A DNA stretch of 63,414 nt, filler included, from Octopus bimaculoides (GCF_001194135.2; 7 parts of 7 records of this genome joined end to end with filler, not necessarily neighbours in it), one strand, 5' to 3'. Counted from the whole stretch's first letter, positions 36,124 to 48,404 are shown. Program-made: numbers and translations. The notes: a model not told the origin generated them from the letters alone.

Positions 36124-36191
36124 TTCTCAAAAAAGATTCAACAATATCTATAATATCCATTGGTATGATCTGTTCTTTGTACACAGCATTA
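36124..36191 (+). CDS. SLC5 transporter internal exon, 68 nt, phase 1/0
   Basis: Acceptor cattattttctag; (I)LKKDSTISIISIGMICSLYTAL; donor gtgagt. Phase fits the previous exon; aligns with TGIICTFYTAV of NIS. Confidence 0.88.
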
Positions 36192-36206
36192 GTGAGTAAA
36201 ACTTTC

Positions 36207-36249
<43 letters not shown>

Positions 36250-36427
36250 TGTATTCAGCCCTTGTGGCCAATAAAGAAACTATTATTATTATTATTATTC
36301 GGTAGTTTTATTTTTATAACGTGCTTTCACTTCACTACCGAGCGCAGCTCTGTGCGCCTTGGGTATGTGCTGTGGTTTGCTGTGGTGCTCTTATGTTTAC
36401 TGTATGGAATTATTATTATTATTATTA

Positions 36428-36476
<49 letters not shown>

Positions 36477-36522
36477 CATTATTATTATTATTATTATTAT
36501 CATTATTATTACTATTACTACT
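36207..36522. repeat. Two (TAT)n microsatellites
   Basis: Direct: 36207-36300 and 36408-36522. Confidence 0.95.
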
Positions 36523-36524
36523 AA

Positions 36525-36934
36525 GGCAGCAAACTGGCAGAATCGTTACTGCACCGGGTAAAATGCTTGCAGAATTGTTGACACACCAGGAGAAATGCTG
36601 GGCAGTATTTTGTCTGCTTCTACTTTCTGAGTTCAAATTCCGCCAAGGTTAACGTTATCTTTTGTCCTGTCGGGGTCGATAAATTAAATACCAGTGAAAT
36701 ACTGGGGTCACTGTAATCGATTAGTCCCCTCCCCGCAGTTTGAGGCCTTGTGCCTCCTGTACAAAGGACCATTATTATTTTCAGTATTATTATTTAATGT
36801 ATAAAGGAGAATAAGAGCCAAATTTGTTTGAAATTATTTCCCATACATTGACTATTATTGAATCATCATCATCATCATCATCATCTTAATATTATGCTGT
36901 CAGAATTATTAGAGCATTGGAAAAATGCATTGTG

Positions 36935-36968
<34 letters not shown>

Positions 36969-37130
36969 TCTGACTCTTTACATTCTGAGTTCAAATCCTG
37001 CTGAGGTCAACTTTGCCTTTCATCTTTTTTGGCATTGATAAAAATATAGTAACCGGTCAAGTAATGGAGTCAACAGAATCAACTAACCCTGTTCCCCTCA
37101 AAATTCTAAGCCTTGTGCCTAAATCACAAA
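36525..37130 (+). mobile_element. Two SINE family C copies (36525-36780, 36900-37130)
   Basis: Head ctggcagaatcgtt.., B box gagttcaaatt/atcc, shared core and tail. Confidence 0.75.
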
Positions 37131-37715
37131 TCACCACCACCACTGCTACTACCACCACCACCGCTACTGCTACAGCTGCCACCACCACCATTACTACTAC
37201 TACTATATTTATATCTAGTTAGCTTTTTAACGACAGATACATTAATCATGTTAACACTAACTCAACTATTGATTTTCAGTTCCGTCGGCATAATGGAATT
37301 CTTTAAAGTCATTTTTGGCGATTGTTTTTCTTACTTCTTTTGCTGTTAAGCTTATTGATTGTTTCCATTTAAAGTTTATGCTTTAAGCAGGGGAAAAAAA
37401 AAACTGCATTTTATATAATTGAAGTCTAAGAAGTAGTTGTATAAAATTTCTTTGTTGTGAAATCTGAAATAGATTTTACAATACTGCATGTCTTGTAGAA
37501 CATTTACACTTGGAGATTTATTGTTTAAACCTGTTAGACTTTTTTCCATTTTCCTTTTTCTTCTAAATATTAGTGATAGACATGGCTGTGTCAGTAAGAA
37601 GTTTTCTTCACAACCATTACATGGTTTTGGCTTCAGTCTCACTGCACGGCACCTTGAGTGAATTTGCCCTCCTGGGTATGATATTAAACTACATCTGTTG
37701 GTGGGGCTCCAGTTC

Positions 37716-38930
37716 AAGAATTCTGGAGTTGTCAGAAGCATGGAGTCACCCCTTAATTGCCATTACTCCCAAGTCTGCTCTGACTCAGAACAGTAGCACC
37801 TGTCAGTCCCATTTATGTGTTTAATAGATTTCCCAGCGGTAGAGGAGGCTTCCATTATTTTTAATAAACTTGTGGGGTTGGTAACTTTTCTAGGAAAAAG
37901 ATACTCTGGTATAAAACTTGTAGTCAAAATAATACCAGTCTGGAACCTACAATGGTGACCAAGAGATTGGTAATAGTGTTGCAGAGGCTTTTGTCAAGCA
38001 ATAGAACTGGCAGAAACGTTAGCACACCGAGCGAAATGCTTAGCGGTATTTCATCTGTCTTTACGTTCTGAGTTCAAATTCTGCTGAGGTTGATTTTGCC
38101 TTTCATACTTTCAGGGTCAATAGATTAAGTATCAGTTGTGTACTGGGGTCAATCGAATCAACTAGCCCCCGCCTCCAAAATTTCGGGCCTTGTGCCTAGA
38201 ATAGACAAGAATTTGTTCCTGGAGACCACTCATAAAGCAAAATCTCATAAAGCAGAGCAATAATCTCCCATTGTAGCAATGTTATTATAAATCGTAATTC
38301 ATTCCCTGAAAAATATTTTACCTATAAAATTTATAATACTTGTAAATAAATGGCAATAAAATAACAGTAGAATGTAAAGAATATTTTATGTAAAGTAAAA
38401 ATCATTTATAATAAAGAATATTATTATTAAATCCGATGATGTACAGATGTCTTGCTATCATTTCTTGATTGTTATCATTCTTAATCTCTTTTGCATTTTA
38501 TAAAGTCCTATGGTGATGAATGCATGGCATGAAGAATTCTGGAGTTGTTAGGAGCATGGAGTCACCACTTAGTTACCATTGCTCCCAAGTTTGTTCTGAC
38601 CGAGAACTACAGTACCTGTCAGAGTCCCATCTATGTGTTTTATAGATTTCCCAAGGGTAGAGGAGGCTTCCATTTCTTTTTAAAAAAAAAAACCCGTTGG
38701 GGAGGTAGCTCTTCTAAGAGAAAGATACTCTGGCATAAAACTTGCAGTCCAAATAGTACCAGTCTGGAGCTTACTGTGGTGACCAAGAGATTGGCAAAAG
38801 TATTGCAGAAGCTTTGGTCACTTAAATCTAATCACATACAGACACCTCGCTATCATTTCTTGATCTGTTTTGCATTATATAAAATCCTATGGCGATGGAT
38901 GCATGGCATGAAGTCATATCCATGAATATG
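37716..38930. repeat. Tandem pair of a diverged ~380-bp repeat; the first unit contains a SINE C (38000-38210)
   Basis: gaattctggagttgt..gcatggagtcacc..gtaccagtctgga..ccaagagattgg..atgcatggcatgaag occurs at ~37716 and ~38530. Confidence 0.75.
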
Positions 38931-39040
38931 CAGGGACGAAAGTAAATCAGAACAATCAGTTTGAACATGAGATGGCTATCATCTGACTAGATAAGGCAAT
39001 CATCATCATCATCATATACACATGCATGTGCACACACACA

Positions 39041-39084
<44 letters not shown>

Positions 39085-39095
<11 letters not shown>

Positions 39096-39250
39096 GTGTG
39101 GCTGTGTGGTAAGAAGCTTACTTCCCAATCACATGGTTCCAGGTTCAGTCTCACTTCATGACACCTTGGGCAAGTGTTTTCTACTATAGCCTTGGTCCAA
39201 CCAAAGCCTTGTTGGTGGATTTGGTTGATGGAAACTGAAAGAAACCTGTC
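39085..39250 (+). mobile_element. SINE family B 5' half
   Basis: caggtgtggctgtgtggtaagaag..gaaactgaaagaaacctgtc. Confidence 0.8.
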
Positions 39251-39950
39251 GTGTGTGTGTGTGTGTGTGTGCGTGTGTACACACACACATATTGGCATTT
39301 TTGGGTTTCCCTCTACCAAATCTACTCACAATGCTATGGTGAGCTGAGGGTTATAGTAGAAGACACTTTGGAAGCAAACTTCTTACCAAACAGCCACGTC
39401 TTCTCCTCTGTGTGTGAGTGTGTGTGTGTGTGTGTGCATGCACAAGCGTGTGTGTAAAATCAATATCTTATCAGTTGTCAAGCTGTTCTGTCATTTTACT
39501 ACGACTGTCGAACCATTGAGGAAGTCTCTTTGTGATCATTCAACTTGCTAGAAATAGAAACCAAATCTCCCTCAAATCACTCCCTAAGAAGAACGAAAGG
39601 ACATGTTAGATAGTGTAATCTTAAATACATATTTTTAAATAAAAATGAGATGGTTATTGCTAGAAAACGTTTTATCATAAGGTTAAGTTGATTTAACTCT
39701 TTAGCATTCAGATTTCTTTGTCCATTTAATTGCTTATTTACTCACGTTGTTTTTAATTAATCATGCATTATCTTGTAGCTTCAAGATTTCAATGATGTGA
39801 TTGTATATTTCTAGAATGACATTGTAGGGTAGGTTTATGAGGTTGGCTCTGGTCAGTTTTAACTTTAAACAGAATATTTTGGCCAGATACAGTCTGTTAA
39901 AAGGTGAAGCTGACCTGGGACTAAACAATAATATCTATCAGGACTATAAG

Positions 39951-40836
39951 TATTGGGCCCTCTCATAAATAATGTGCTTTTTATATACTTCTTTTATTTT
40001 TCAAAATTAAGATAAACAAACTTCTTGCTTAGTCTAAAATATACTCTCCTTCATTTTCTACAATGCTCTTCCATCTATCCAAAATTCACTTTTCTGTGGC
40101 AAAAAATAATCCTCCAGTACTGTTCTGACCTCAGAATTCATTTTTTTCATCCAAATGATTTTGAAGACTGCAGAATAAATGATAATCAGATGGGGCAATG
40201 TCCAGCAAATATGGTGGGGCATAGTTTCTCATTCAAACTGCTCCAGCCTTTGGAATGTCATCCTCACTGTATGTGGCCAAGTATTATCTTGATTGAATAA
40301 CACCTTTCATCTTGAAACCAAAGATGGTCGTTCTTCTCCTAGCGCTGACTTGAATGACTATTTGAATGACCAAATCCAAGCTTCTCTGCTAGTTCCTCAA
40401 CAGTTATGATGGATTTTGTTCCACCGGGGTTTGCAGGACATCTTTATTGAGCTCTACAGATCTTCCAGGATGAGGCTTGTCTTCTAGGCTGTAGTTTCCG
40501 GCTCGGAATCTCTGGTGCCGCTGTTGGCACTGGTTTATGCTTATTGTCTGATACATATATACTGCATTAATATTCCTTGCACTTTCCATTGCATTGTTGC
40601 TTTTATTGAACTCATAAAGCAAAATATGCCAAATATGCTCCTTTGTCACTTCCATTATAGCTTTCAAAAAATAACTGTTAAAATCGAACTGCACTCTTTA
40701 AAACTCGCACTAAGAATAAGTACATAGTAAAATTACTACTTGCTTTTATAGCAAGCTGATGCAAGTAGTTTATCCCGTCCTCCGACTTTTAGTTCATGCA
40801 ATTGAAAAACCGCATTATTTATGGGATACATAACTA
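39951..40836 (-). mobile_element. Internally deleted mariner transposon
   Basis: MEVTKEHIWHILLYEFNK..FRAGNYSLEDKPHPGR..TVEELAEK fused to FNQDNTWPH..DIAPSDYHLF. Inverted ends contain cataaataatg(t/c)g. Confidence 0.85.
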
Positions 40837-40851
40837 AAATGTGTTTTTAAA

Positions 40852-40951
40852 NNNNNNNNNNNNNNNNNNNNNNNNNNNNNNNNNNNNNNNNNNNNTTAAT
40901 TAATTAANNNNNNNNNNNNNNNNNNNNNNNNNNNNNNNNNNNNNNNNNNNN
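40852..40951. other. Artificial scaffold spacer
   Basis: 44 N + TTAATTAATTAA + 44 N. Confidence 0.95.
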
Positions 40952-41090
40952 ACCAAATCCACTCACAAGGCCTTGGTCGGCCCGAGGCTATAGTAGAAGA
41001 CACTTACCCAAGGTGTAACGCAGTGGGACTGAACCCAGAACCAGGTGGTTGGTAAGCAAGCTACTTACCACACAGCCACTCCTGCGCCTA
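40952..41090 (-). mobile_element. SINE family B 5' half
   Basis: Reverse complement of gcaggagtggctgtgtggtaagtagcttgc.. Confidence 0.85.
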
Positions 41091-41749
41091 TATAAGCAAA
41101 GTGTTGAAAAGTTCCTGCCTTTGGGTGAAAGAAAATACTGGAGGATCAGTTAATTTTGATTTTATTCAACATGTTCCCTTCTCAGATTCAACACACTCAG
41201 ATTGTAGCAGTCCTTCAGTTTTTCTAAGCCCTGTAAAAGAACTTGGAAGGTTGGACCACCAACCAGGCCTTTCACGACACCCTTAAAGCATGGCCACAGG
41301 CAAATAACTGAAACAAGTAAAAGAGTAAAGAGTATATATATGCACACATACACACACACAAATGCACATACATACATTCACATGCACAGACACACACATA
41401 CTCTCATCATTCTCCCGTCATGCTCCAATGACACCAACACCCTGATGCTGTTAGTGACATTTACAATAAACACCCCACCGAAACAACTCTCACGAACACA
41501 AGCGAACGTGTTTTATCATGTATATATATATATATACACTCGGACCATCTGGTGTATATTTTTATTTTTATCACCAACAACGGATGTTATTATATATAAT
41601 TGAACATAACATGAAAATAAAGTTTGTAGAACATTCTTGTGGAGCGAGCATGTTTTATAAAGAAGGAAAATATTCGCAGACAGAGGGGGGTATGCAAATG
41701 TGTGTGTGTATGTGTATATATATATATATATATATACATGTATATGTGT

Positions 41750-41793
<44 letters not shown>

Positions 41794-41794
41794 T

Positions 41795-41825
<31 letters not shown>

Positions 41826-42355
41826 CTATATATGCTTGTATAGATATTTATATATATATATATATATATATGTAAATATGCTTTTATCCTTTTCCTTTAT
41901 TTGTTTCAGCCATTTGACTGTGGCCACNNNNNNNNNNNNNNNNNNNNNNNNNNNNNNNNNNNNNNNNNNNNNNNNNNNNNNNNNNNNNNNNNNNNNNNNN
42001 NNNNNNNNNNNNNNNNNNNNNNNNNNNNNNNNNNNNNNNNNNNNNNNNNNNNNNNNNNNNNNNNNNNNNNNNNNNNNNNNNNNNNNNNNNNNNNNNNNNN
42101 NNNNNNNNNNNNNNNNNNNNNNNNNNNNNNNNNNNNNNNNNNNNNNNNNNNNNNNNNNNNNNNNNNNNNNNNNNNNNNNNNNNNNNNNNNNNNNNNNNNN
42201 NNNNNTTAATATCGATTAATTACCAGGAAGCTAGCACATTTAAAAAGAATCAAAGAGATTCAGAAACAGTATCTGCAATCTCAGGGGATTAAAGTACATT
42301 TTTATATATTAAATGTCCACGTTAGTGGTCAACGTCATATATAAAAAAAAAAAAA

Positions 42356-42387
<32 letters not shown>

Positions 42388-42404
42388 GTATGTGTATATG
42401 TATG

Positions 42405-42530
42405 TGTGTCTGTGTTTGTCCCCCCAACATCGCTTGACAACCGATGCTGGTGTGTTTACGTCCCCGTATCTTAGCGGTTCGGCAAAAAACAGAGACCGAT
42501 AGAATATGTACTAGGCTTACAAAGAATAGG
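42405..42530 (+). mobile_element. SINE family B 3' module
   Basis: gtttgtcccccc aacatcgcttgacaaccgatgctgg..gaccgatagaat..ggcttacaaagaat. Confidence 0.8.
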
Positions 42531-42954
42531 TAGTAGTAGTAGTAGTGGTAGTAGTAGTAGTAGTGATAGAAGCAGCAGAATAGGATGACAAGGGTTGGTG
42601 AGGGATCTCTTGTTCTGAGACTTTGGAGTGGCGAGACTGTTCTGAGAACTTAGGGTTAGGGTTAGGCCTGACTGTGGAGAAGAACTGAAGACCTGTGTTC
42701 TTGAATAGGTCATCAATTGTTCCAGTATTGTTGTTGCTATTGTTGTGGTAAGGGTAATGGCAGTAGAACATCATGACGACGATGATGATGATGATGATGG
42801 GTCACTTGTGGTATTTCCAGGAAATGAGAAAGTGGATGGCTACGCAGTGAAGGACTCTTTGATTGTGGTGTTTGATAGTTCCTCAATTGTGTTCCTATTG
42901 AGGAGTGGCCATGGTTGTTGTTGTTGTTGTTGTTGTTGTTGTTGCTTTGTTATA

Positions 42955-43170
42955 TTTATCCTTTTATTCTTTTACTTGTTTCGGTCATTTGATTGCGGCC
43001 ATGCTGGAGCACCGCCTTGTTTTAGTCGAACGAATCCACTGCAGGGACTTGTTCTTTGCAAGCCTATTACTTATTCTATCGGTTTCTTTTGCCGAACCGC
43101 TAAGTTACGGGAACGTAAACACACCAGCATAAGTGTCAAGTGATGGTGGGGGAAAAACAGACACACACAC
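42955..43170 (-). mobile_element. SINE family B 3' module
   Basis: Reverse complement of the same module. Confidence 0.8.
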
Positions 43171-43199
43171 ACGCACAGACACACAGACACACACACACA

Positions 43200-43725
43200 A
43201 TGGCGGCGAGCTGGCAGAATCGGTAGCACGCCGGGCGAAATGCTTAACGGTATTTCGTCTGCTGTTACGTCCTGAGTTCAAATTCCGCCGAGGTCGACTT
43301 TGCCTTTCATCCTTTCGGGGTCGATTAAATAAGTACCAGTTACGCACTGGGGTCGATATAATCGACTTAATCCGTTTGTCTGTCCTTGTTTGTCCCCTCT
43401 GTGTGTAGCCCCGTTGNNNNNNNNNNNNNNNNNNNNNNNNNNNNNNNNNNNNNNNNNNNNNNNNNNNNNNNNNNNNNNNNNNNNNNNNNNNNNNNNNNNN
43501 NNNNNNNNNNNNNNGTAGCACGCCGGGCGAAATGCTTAACGGTATTTCGTCTGCTGTTACGTCCTGAGTTCAAATTCCGCCGAGGTCGACTTTGCCTTTC
43601 ATCCTTTCGGGGTCGATTAAATAAGTACCAGTTACGCACTGGGGTCGATATAATCGACTTAATCCGTTTGTCTGTCCTTGTTTGTCCCCTCTGTGTGTAG
43701 CCCCGTTGTGGGTAGTAAAGAAATA
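43200..43725 (+). mobile_element. SINE family C (alternative tail), read twice across a gap
   Basis: 43515-43708 repeats 43224-43416 exactly across ~98 N; probably one element duplicated by the assembly. Confidence 0.85.
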
Positions 43726-43739
43726 ACACACACACAAGC

Positions 43740-44040
43740 TGGACCAACATCTGTCACCAAAGGAATCTCTCTAAGAAGATTAGATTGAACTACACATCTA
43801 AAAACACCAACCTTCCATCCGGAAGAACCAGCATACTCCGAAGTCCAGCATGTGCTTCCTAAAGCTACCACACTTTGATGACAGAACCACTGCAGTGATA
43901 CAACACGCAGTCCGCAGAGAAGGACTCGACATACAGGTAGATAGTGCACACCGGCCCTTCTCTGAGAAAAGCTTTGTCCAAGAACAACACATCTCTCTAC
44001 TCCGAGGAGGGCACATTATAGAACTGCCCCATCAATGAAC
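43740..44040 (+). mobile_element. Probable Penelope-like element fragment
   Basis: FLKLPHFDDRTTAVIQHAVRREGLDIQV resembles the region between RT and GIY-YIG in PLEs. Confidence 0.5.
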
Positions 44041-44112
44041 ACAAGGAAATAAACAGAGAGAGAATATGCCAAAATTATCATCAGTACAAGTACTGGTTCA
44101 GTTCCACTTTAT

Positions 44113-44353
44113 TTTTATTATTATTAGTCAATTGGTTATATATCCAACTTAACAAATTATTGCTTGTTTAATTTGGTTAAACAATAAGTCATTCGTTTTA
44201 TTTTTGTTTGTCAAAATTCTTTCAGTACCACTCGCAGCCTTTTCAATGACTTCCTTCCCAGTCATGTTATAAAACAAATGACTTCTTGATTAACCAAATT
44301 AAACACACATAGGATTAATTAGTTGCATATTTAACCAATTGACTGATAATAAA
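44113..44353. mobile_element. AT-rich fold-back MITE (~85-bp imperfect arms)
   Basis: agtcaattggtt..gtttaatttggttaa..aagtcatt.gtttta is mirrored at 44270-44353. Confidence 0.7.
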
Positions 44354-44449
44354 GGAGTGAAGTTGGACCAGTGCGTGTGATAGCGATGTTGGCATAATGA
44401 CTCTCCCCAGACACAGCATAGCTTGTTTCATCACACAAGTTCAACATAG

Positions 44450-44612
44450 GCACAGGAGTGGCTGTGTGGTAAGTAGCTTGCTTACCAACCACATAGCTCC
44501 GGGTTCAGTCCCACTGCGTGGCACCTTGGGCAAGTGTCTTCTACTATGGCCTTGGACTGACCAAAGCCTTATGAGGGAATTTGATAGACAGAAACTGAAA
44601 GAAGCCCATCGT
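44450..44612 (+). mobile_element. SINE family B 5' half
   Basis: cacaggagtggctgtgtggtaagtagcttgc..gaaactgaaagaagcccatcg. Confidence 0.85.
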
Positions 44613-44636
44613 ATATATATATATATATATATATAC

Positions 44637-45450
44637 CCGTCAGAGTGTAAGTATCTTGAGAGAAAAGCTGAACATTAGAAGCATCAGTTGTGGCGTGCAA
44701 GAGAGACGATTGCGCTGGTATGGACATGTGGTGNNNNNNNNNNNNNNNNNNNNNNNNNNNNNNNNNNNNNNNNNNNNNNNNNNNNNNNNNNNNNNNNNNN
44801 NNNNNNNNNNNNNNNNNNNNNNNNNNNNNNNNNNNNNNNNNNNNNNNNNNNNNNNNNNNNNNNNNNNNNNNNNNNNNNNNNNNNNNNNNNNNNNNNNNNN
44901 NNNNNNNNNNNNNNNNNNNNNNNNNNNNNNNNNNNNNNNNNNNNNNNNNNNNNNNNNNNNNNNNNNNNNNNNNNNNNNNNNNNNNNNNNNNNNNNNNNNN
45001 NNNNNNNNNNNNNNNNNNNNNNNNNNNNNNNNNNNNNNNNNNNNNNNNNNNNNNNNNNNNNNNNNNNNNNNNNNNNNNNNNNNNNNNNNNNNNNNNNNNN
45101 NNNNNNNNNNNNNNNNNNNNNNNNNNNNNNNNNNNNNNNNNNNNNNNNNNNNNNNNNNNNNNNNNNNNNNNNNNNNNNNNNNNNNNNNNNNNNNNNNNNN
45201 NNNNNNNNNNNNNNNNNNNNNNNNNNNNNNNNNNNNNNNNNNNNNNNTTTGTGCGGGTGACACGTAAAAGCACCCACTACACTCTCTGAGGGGTTGGCGT
45301 TAGGAAGGGCATCCAGCTGTAGAAACTCTGCCAAATTAGACTGGAGCCTGGTGTTGCCATCTGGTTTCACCAGTCCTCAGTCAAATCGTCCAACCCATGC
45401 TAGCATGGAAAGCGGACGTTAAACGATGATGATGATGATGATGATGATGA
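44637..45450 (+). mobile_element. 5'-truncated RTE LINE inserted at the TA linker of a SINE B (middle in a gap)
   Basis: LREKLNIRSISCGVQERRLRWYGHV; 3' UTR and (GAT)n tail after the gap. Confidence 0.85.
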
Positions 45451-45594
45451 TATATATATATACGGTTTAATGCTCGCATTACTTAAATAAATTGGAGTAG
45501 CATGAAACATGCGTACTGCAATCACCTTTGAAATCCGTGTTGCTTATTTTTTTATATATATATGTGCATATATGTGTGTGTATGTACGTGTATA

Positions 45595-45798
45595 TGTTTC
45601 TGTGTTTGTCCCCCCACCATCGCTTGACAACCGATGTTGTCGTGTCTATGTCCCCGTAACATAACAGTTCGGCAAAAGATAGAATAAGTACTAGGTTTAC
45701 AGAGAATAAGTCCTGGGGGTCGATTTGCTCGACTAAAAGGTGGTGCTCCAGCATGGCCGCAGTCAAATGACTGAAACAAGTAAAAAGAGTAAAAGAAT

Positions 45799-45800
<2 letters not shown>
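45595..45800 (+). mobile_element. SINE family B 3' module
   Basis: Direct similarity to the other copies. Confidence 0.85.
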
Positions 45801-45829
<29 letters not shown>

Positions 45830-46332
45830 NNNNNNNNNNNNNNNNNNNNNNNNNNNNNNNNNNNNNNNNNNNNNNNNNNNNNNNNNNNNNNNNNNNNNNN
45901 NNNNNNNNNNNNNNNNNNNNNNNNNNNNNNNNNNNNNNNNNNNNNNNNNNNNNNNNNNNNNNNNNNNNNNNNNNNNNNNNNNNNNNNNNNNNNNNNNNNN
46001 NNNNNNNNNNNNNNNNNNNNNNNNNNNNNNNNNNNNNNNNNNNNNNNNNNNNNNNNNNNNNNNNNNNNNNNNNNNNNNNNNNNNNNNNNNNNNNNNNNNN
46101 NNNNNNGTAAAAATAAAGATAATTCCAAATCCTGGATTTCTGGCTTTGCATAAATAATAATGCTCTGCCTTCATCAGTGGATTTGCAATTATCTTTATTT
46201 TTACTGGTTTATTTGGTCTTCGTCTTCGCTAATCGTGCCATGCGGACATTTATTGTGGCTTTAGAGTCAGGATTTGACTGCTATTTTTTCAGCGTGGTGG
46301 TATCTCTTGATACCCTGTATTATAATTTTAAA

Positions 46333-46368
<36 letters not shown>

Positions 46369-46407
46369 GTTTATAGGTTGAAGAGGAATACACTCATATG
46401 TACACAT

Positions 46408-46439
<32 letters not shown>

Positions 46440-46959
46440 GTACACATACACACATATATATACTCACATACACATATATATACAAACACACATAGACATA
46501 TATATATATATACATATATATACAAACACACACACATAAATATGAGTATATATATATGACACAAATACACATATACACACACACACACACATATATACAC
46601 ACAAACATGTATACACACATAGATATATACACATACATATATGCACATACACACATATATACGCACATATATATATCAATCTCCTTTGTTGTATATACAA
46701 TATAAGACCCCCCCGACACCCCAAACCCTTGGCTATAAACAACCAACCCCTTCTTCAAAATATTAACCGACTTCCCGGGTGGTTCCTTATTTAGAACAAT
46801 AGCTGGAGTCCTACGTTCATCCTGGTGCCCTTTATACACCCGCCCTCATCACATCGCAGTCCCCATCAGCATTTGTTACATTTCAAATTGACTCTTTCTA
46901 ACCATATACACACAGCGAAATTTTATCGTGTGCATGTGTGCTCATGTGTGTGTGTATGC

Positions 46960-47013
<54 letters not shown>

Positions 47014-47398
47014 NNNNNNNNNNNNNNNNNNNNNNNNNNNNNNNNNNNNNNNNNNNNNNNNNNNNNNNNNNNNNNNNNNNNNNNNNNNNNNNNNNNNNNN
47101 NNNNNNNNNNNNNNNNNNNNNNNNNNNNNNNNNNNNNNNNNNNNNNNNNNNNNNNNNNNNNNNNNNNNNNNNNNNNNNNNNNNNNNNNNNNNNNNNNNNN
47201 NNNNNNNNNNNNNNNNNNNNNNNNNNNNNNNNNNNNNNNNNNNNNNNNNNNNNNNNNNNNNNNNNNNNNNNNNNNNNNNNNNNNNNNNNNNNNNNNNNNN
47301 NNNNNNNNNNNNNNNNNNNNNNNNNNNNNNNNNNNNNNNNNNNNNNNNNNNNNNNNNNNNNNNNNNNNNNNNNNNNNNNNNNNNNNNNNNNNNNNNNN

Positions 47399-47439
<41 letters not shown>

Positions 47440-47445
<6 letters not shown>

Positions 47446-47625
47446 GTGTCTGTGTTTGTCACCCACCCATCGCTTGACAACCGATGTTGGTATGTTTACG
47501 TCTCCATAACTTACCGGTTCGGCAAAAGACCGATAGGTTAAGTACTGGGCTTCGATTTATTTGACTAAAGGTGGTGCTCCAGCTTGGCAGCAGTCAAATA
47601 AATGACTAAGACAAATAAAAGAATA
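47440..47625 (+). mobile_element. SINE family B 3' module
   Basis: Direct similarity to the other copies. Confidence 0.8.
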
Positions 47626-48343
47626 TATATATACATAGGGAGAGAGATATAGATAGATATATAGATAGACAAACAGACAGACATTTGTACGAAATAATAG
47701 ACAGATGGAAAGACAGCTAGACATATAATTCTTCACAGCTGGAACCTACTAAAATTACCCAATAAAATCTTTCTCACTCACACGTACCATAAAACGACAT
47801 ATTTATTTCACATACAGATTTACAGATCACTTTTCTCCCTTCATTATCTCATTCATATTTACGACCCTTTTTCTATCCCTAATATCCTCATCAAAACATT
47901 AGTTCATCTCCCTGATGTCTTTACTCGGATCCCTGAAAATGTCCCCTTCATATCACAGTCAATTACTGCAATCATAGTCCGTGAAAAAAAAGAAAAGAAA
48001 AAAAAAACGGGATAGAGTGAGCAGACCGTTACATACCAGCAACGGAGGCCATTTTGTGAGGCATTTTTAAAAACGAACTGCATTTCTTTGCAAGAGTGAA
48101 ACGTTTGGTAAAGAGCCATAAAAAAGACATTTTATGTGTTTGCGCGTGTATAAACATGTATGTACGTAAGTATGTATGTATATGTAGTTTATTTTGTGGA
48201 GAAGCGTTATGAGTGAGAATAGTAAAAAATATGACACGGAATTCCTTCTAAATTCTTGCAAAATATTCTTAGGATGTTGGCAACTCTCACTCTCATTGTG
48301 TCCACAATAAATATTCTGAGACTTTACACAGACAGACAGATAG

Positions 48344-48385
<42 letters not shown>

Positions 48386-48404
48386 CCACACACACGTATA
48401 TATA

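Noticed and set aside
37235-37349. TDTLIML as a possible SLC5 exon 5
   Set aside because: No GGxKAV motif, and the frame closes without a donor. The expected exon was not found in the window.
42517-42920. Coding-looking minus-strand stretch with (TTAGGG)x3 at ~42646-42662
   Set aside because: Frames are interrupted by stops, no splice signals are present, and three telomere-like units are too few to be meaningful.
43200-43725. Apparent tandem duplication of SINE C
   Set aside because: Identical sequence on both sides of a gap is best explained as assembly overlap; the same caution applies to 8301-8896.
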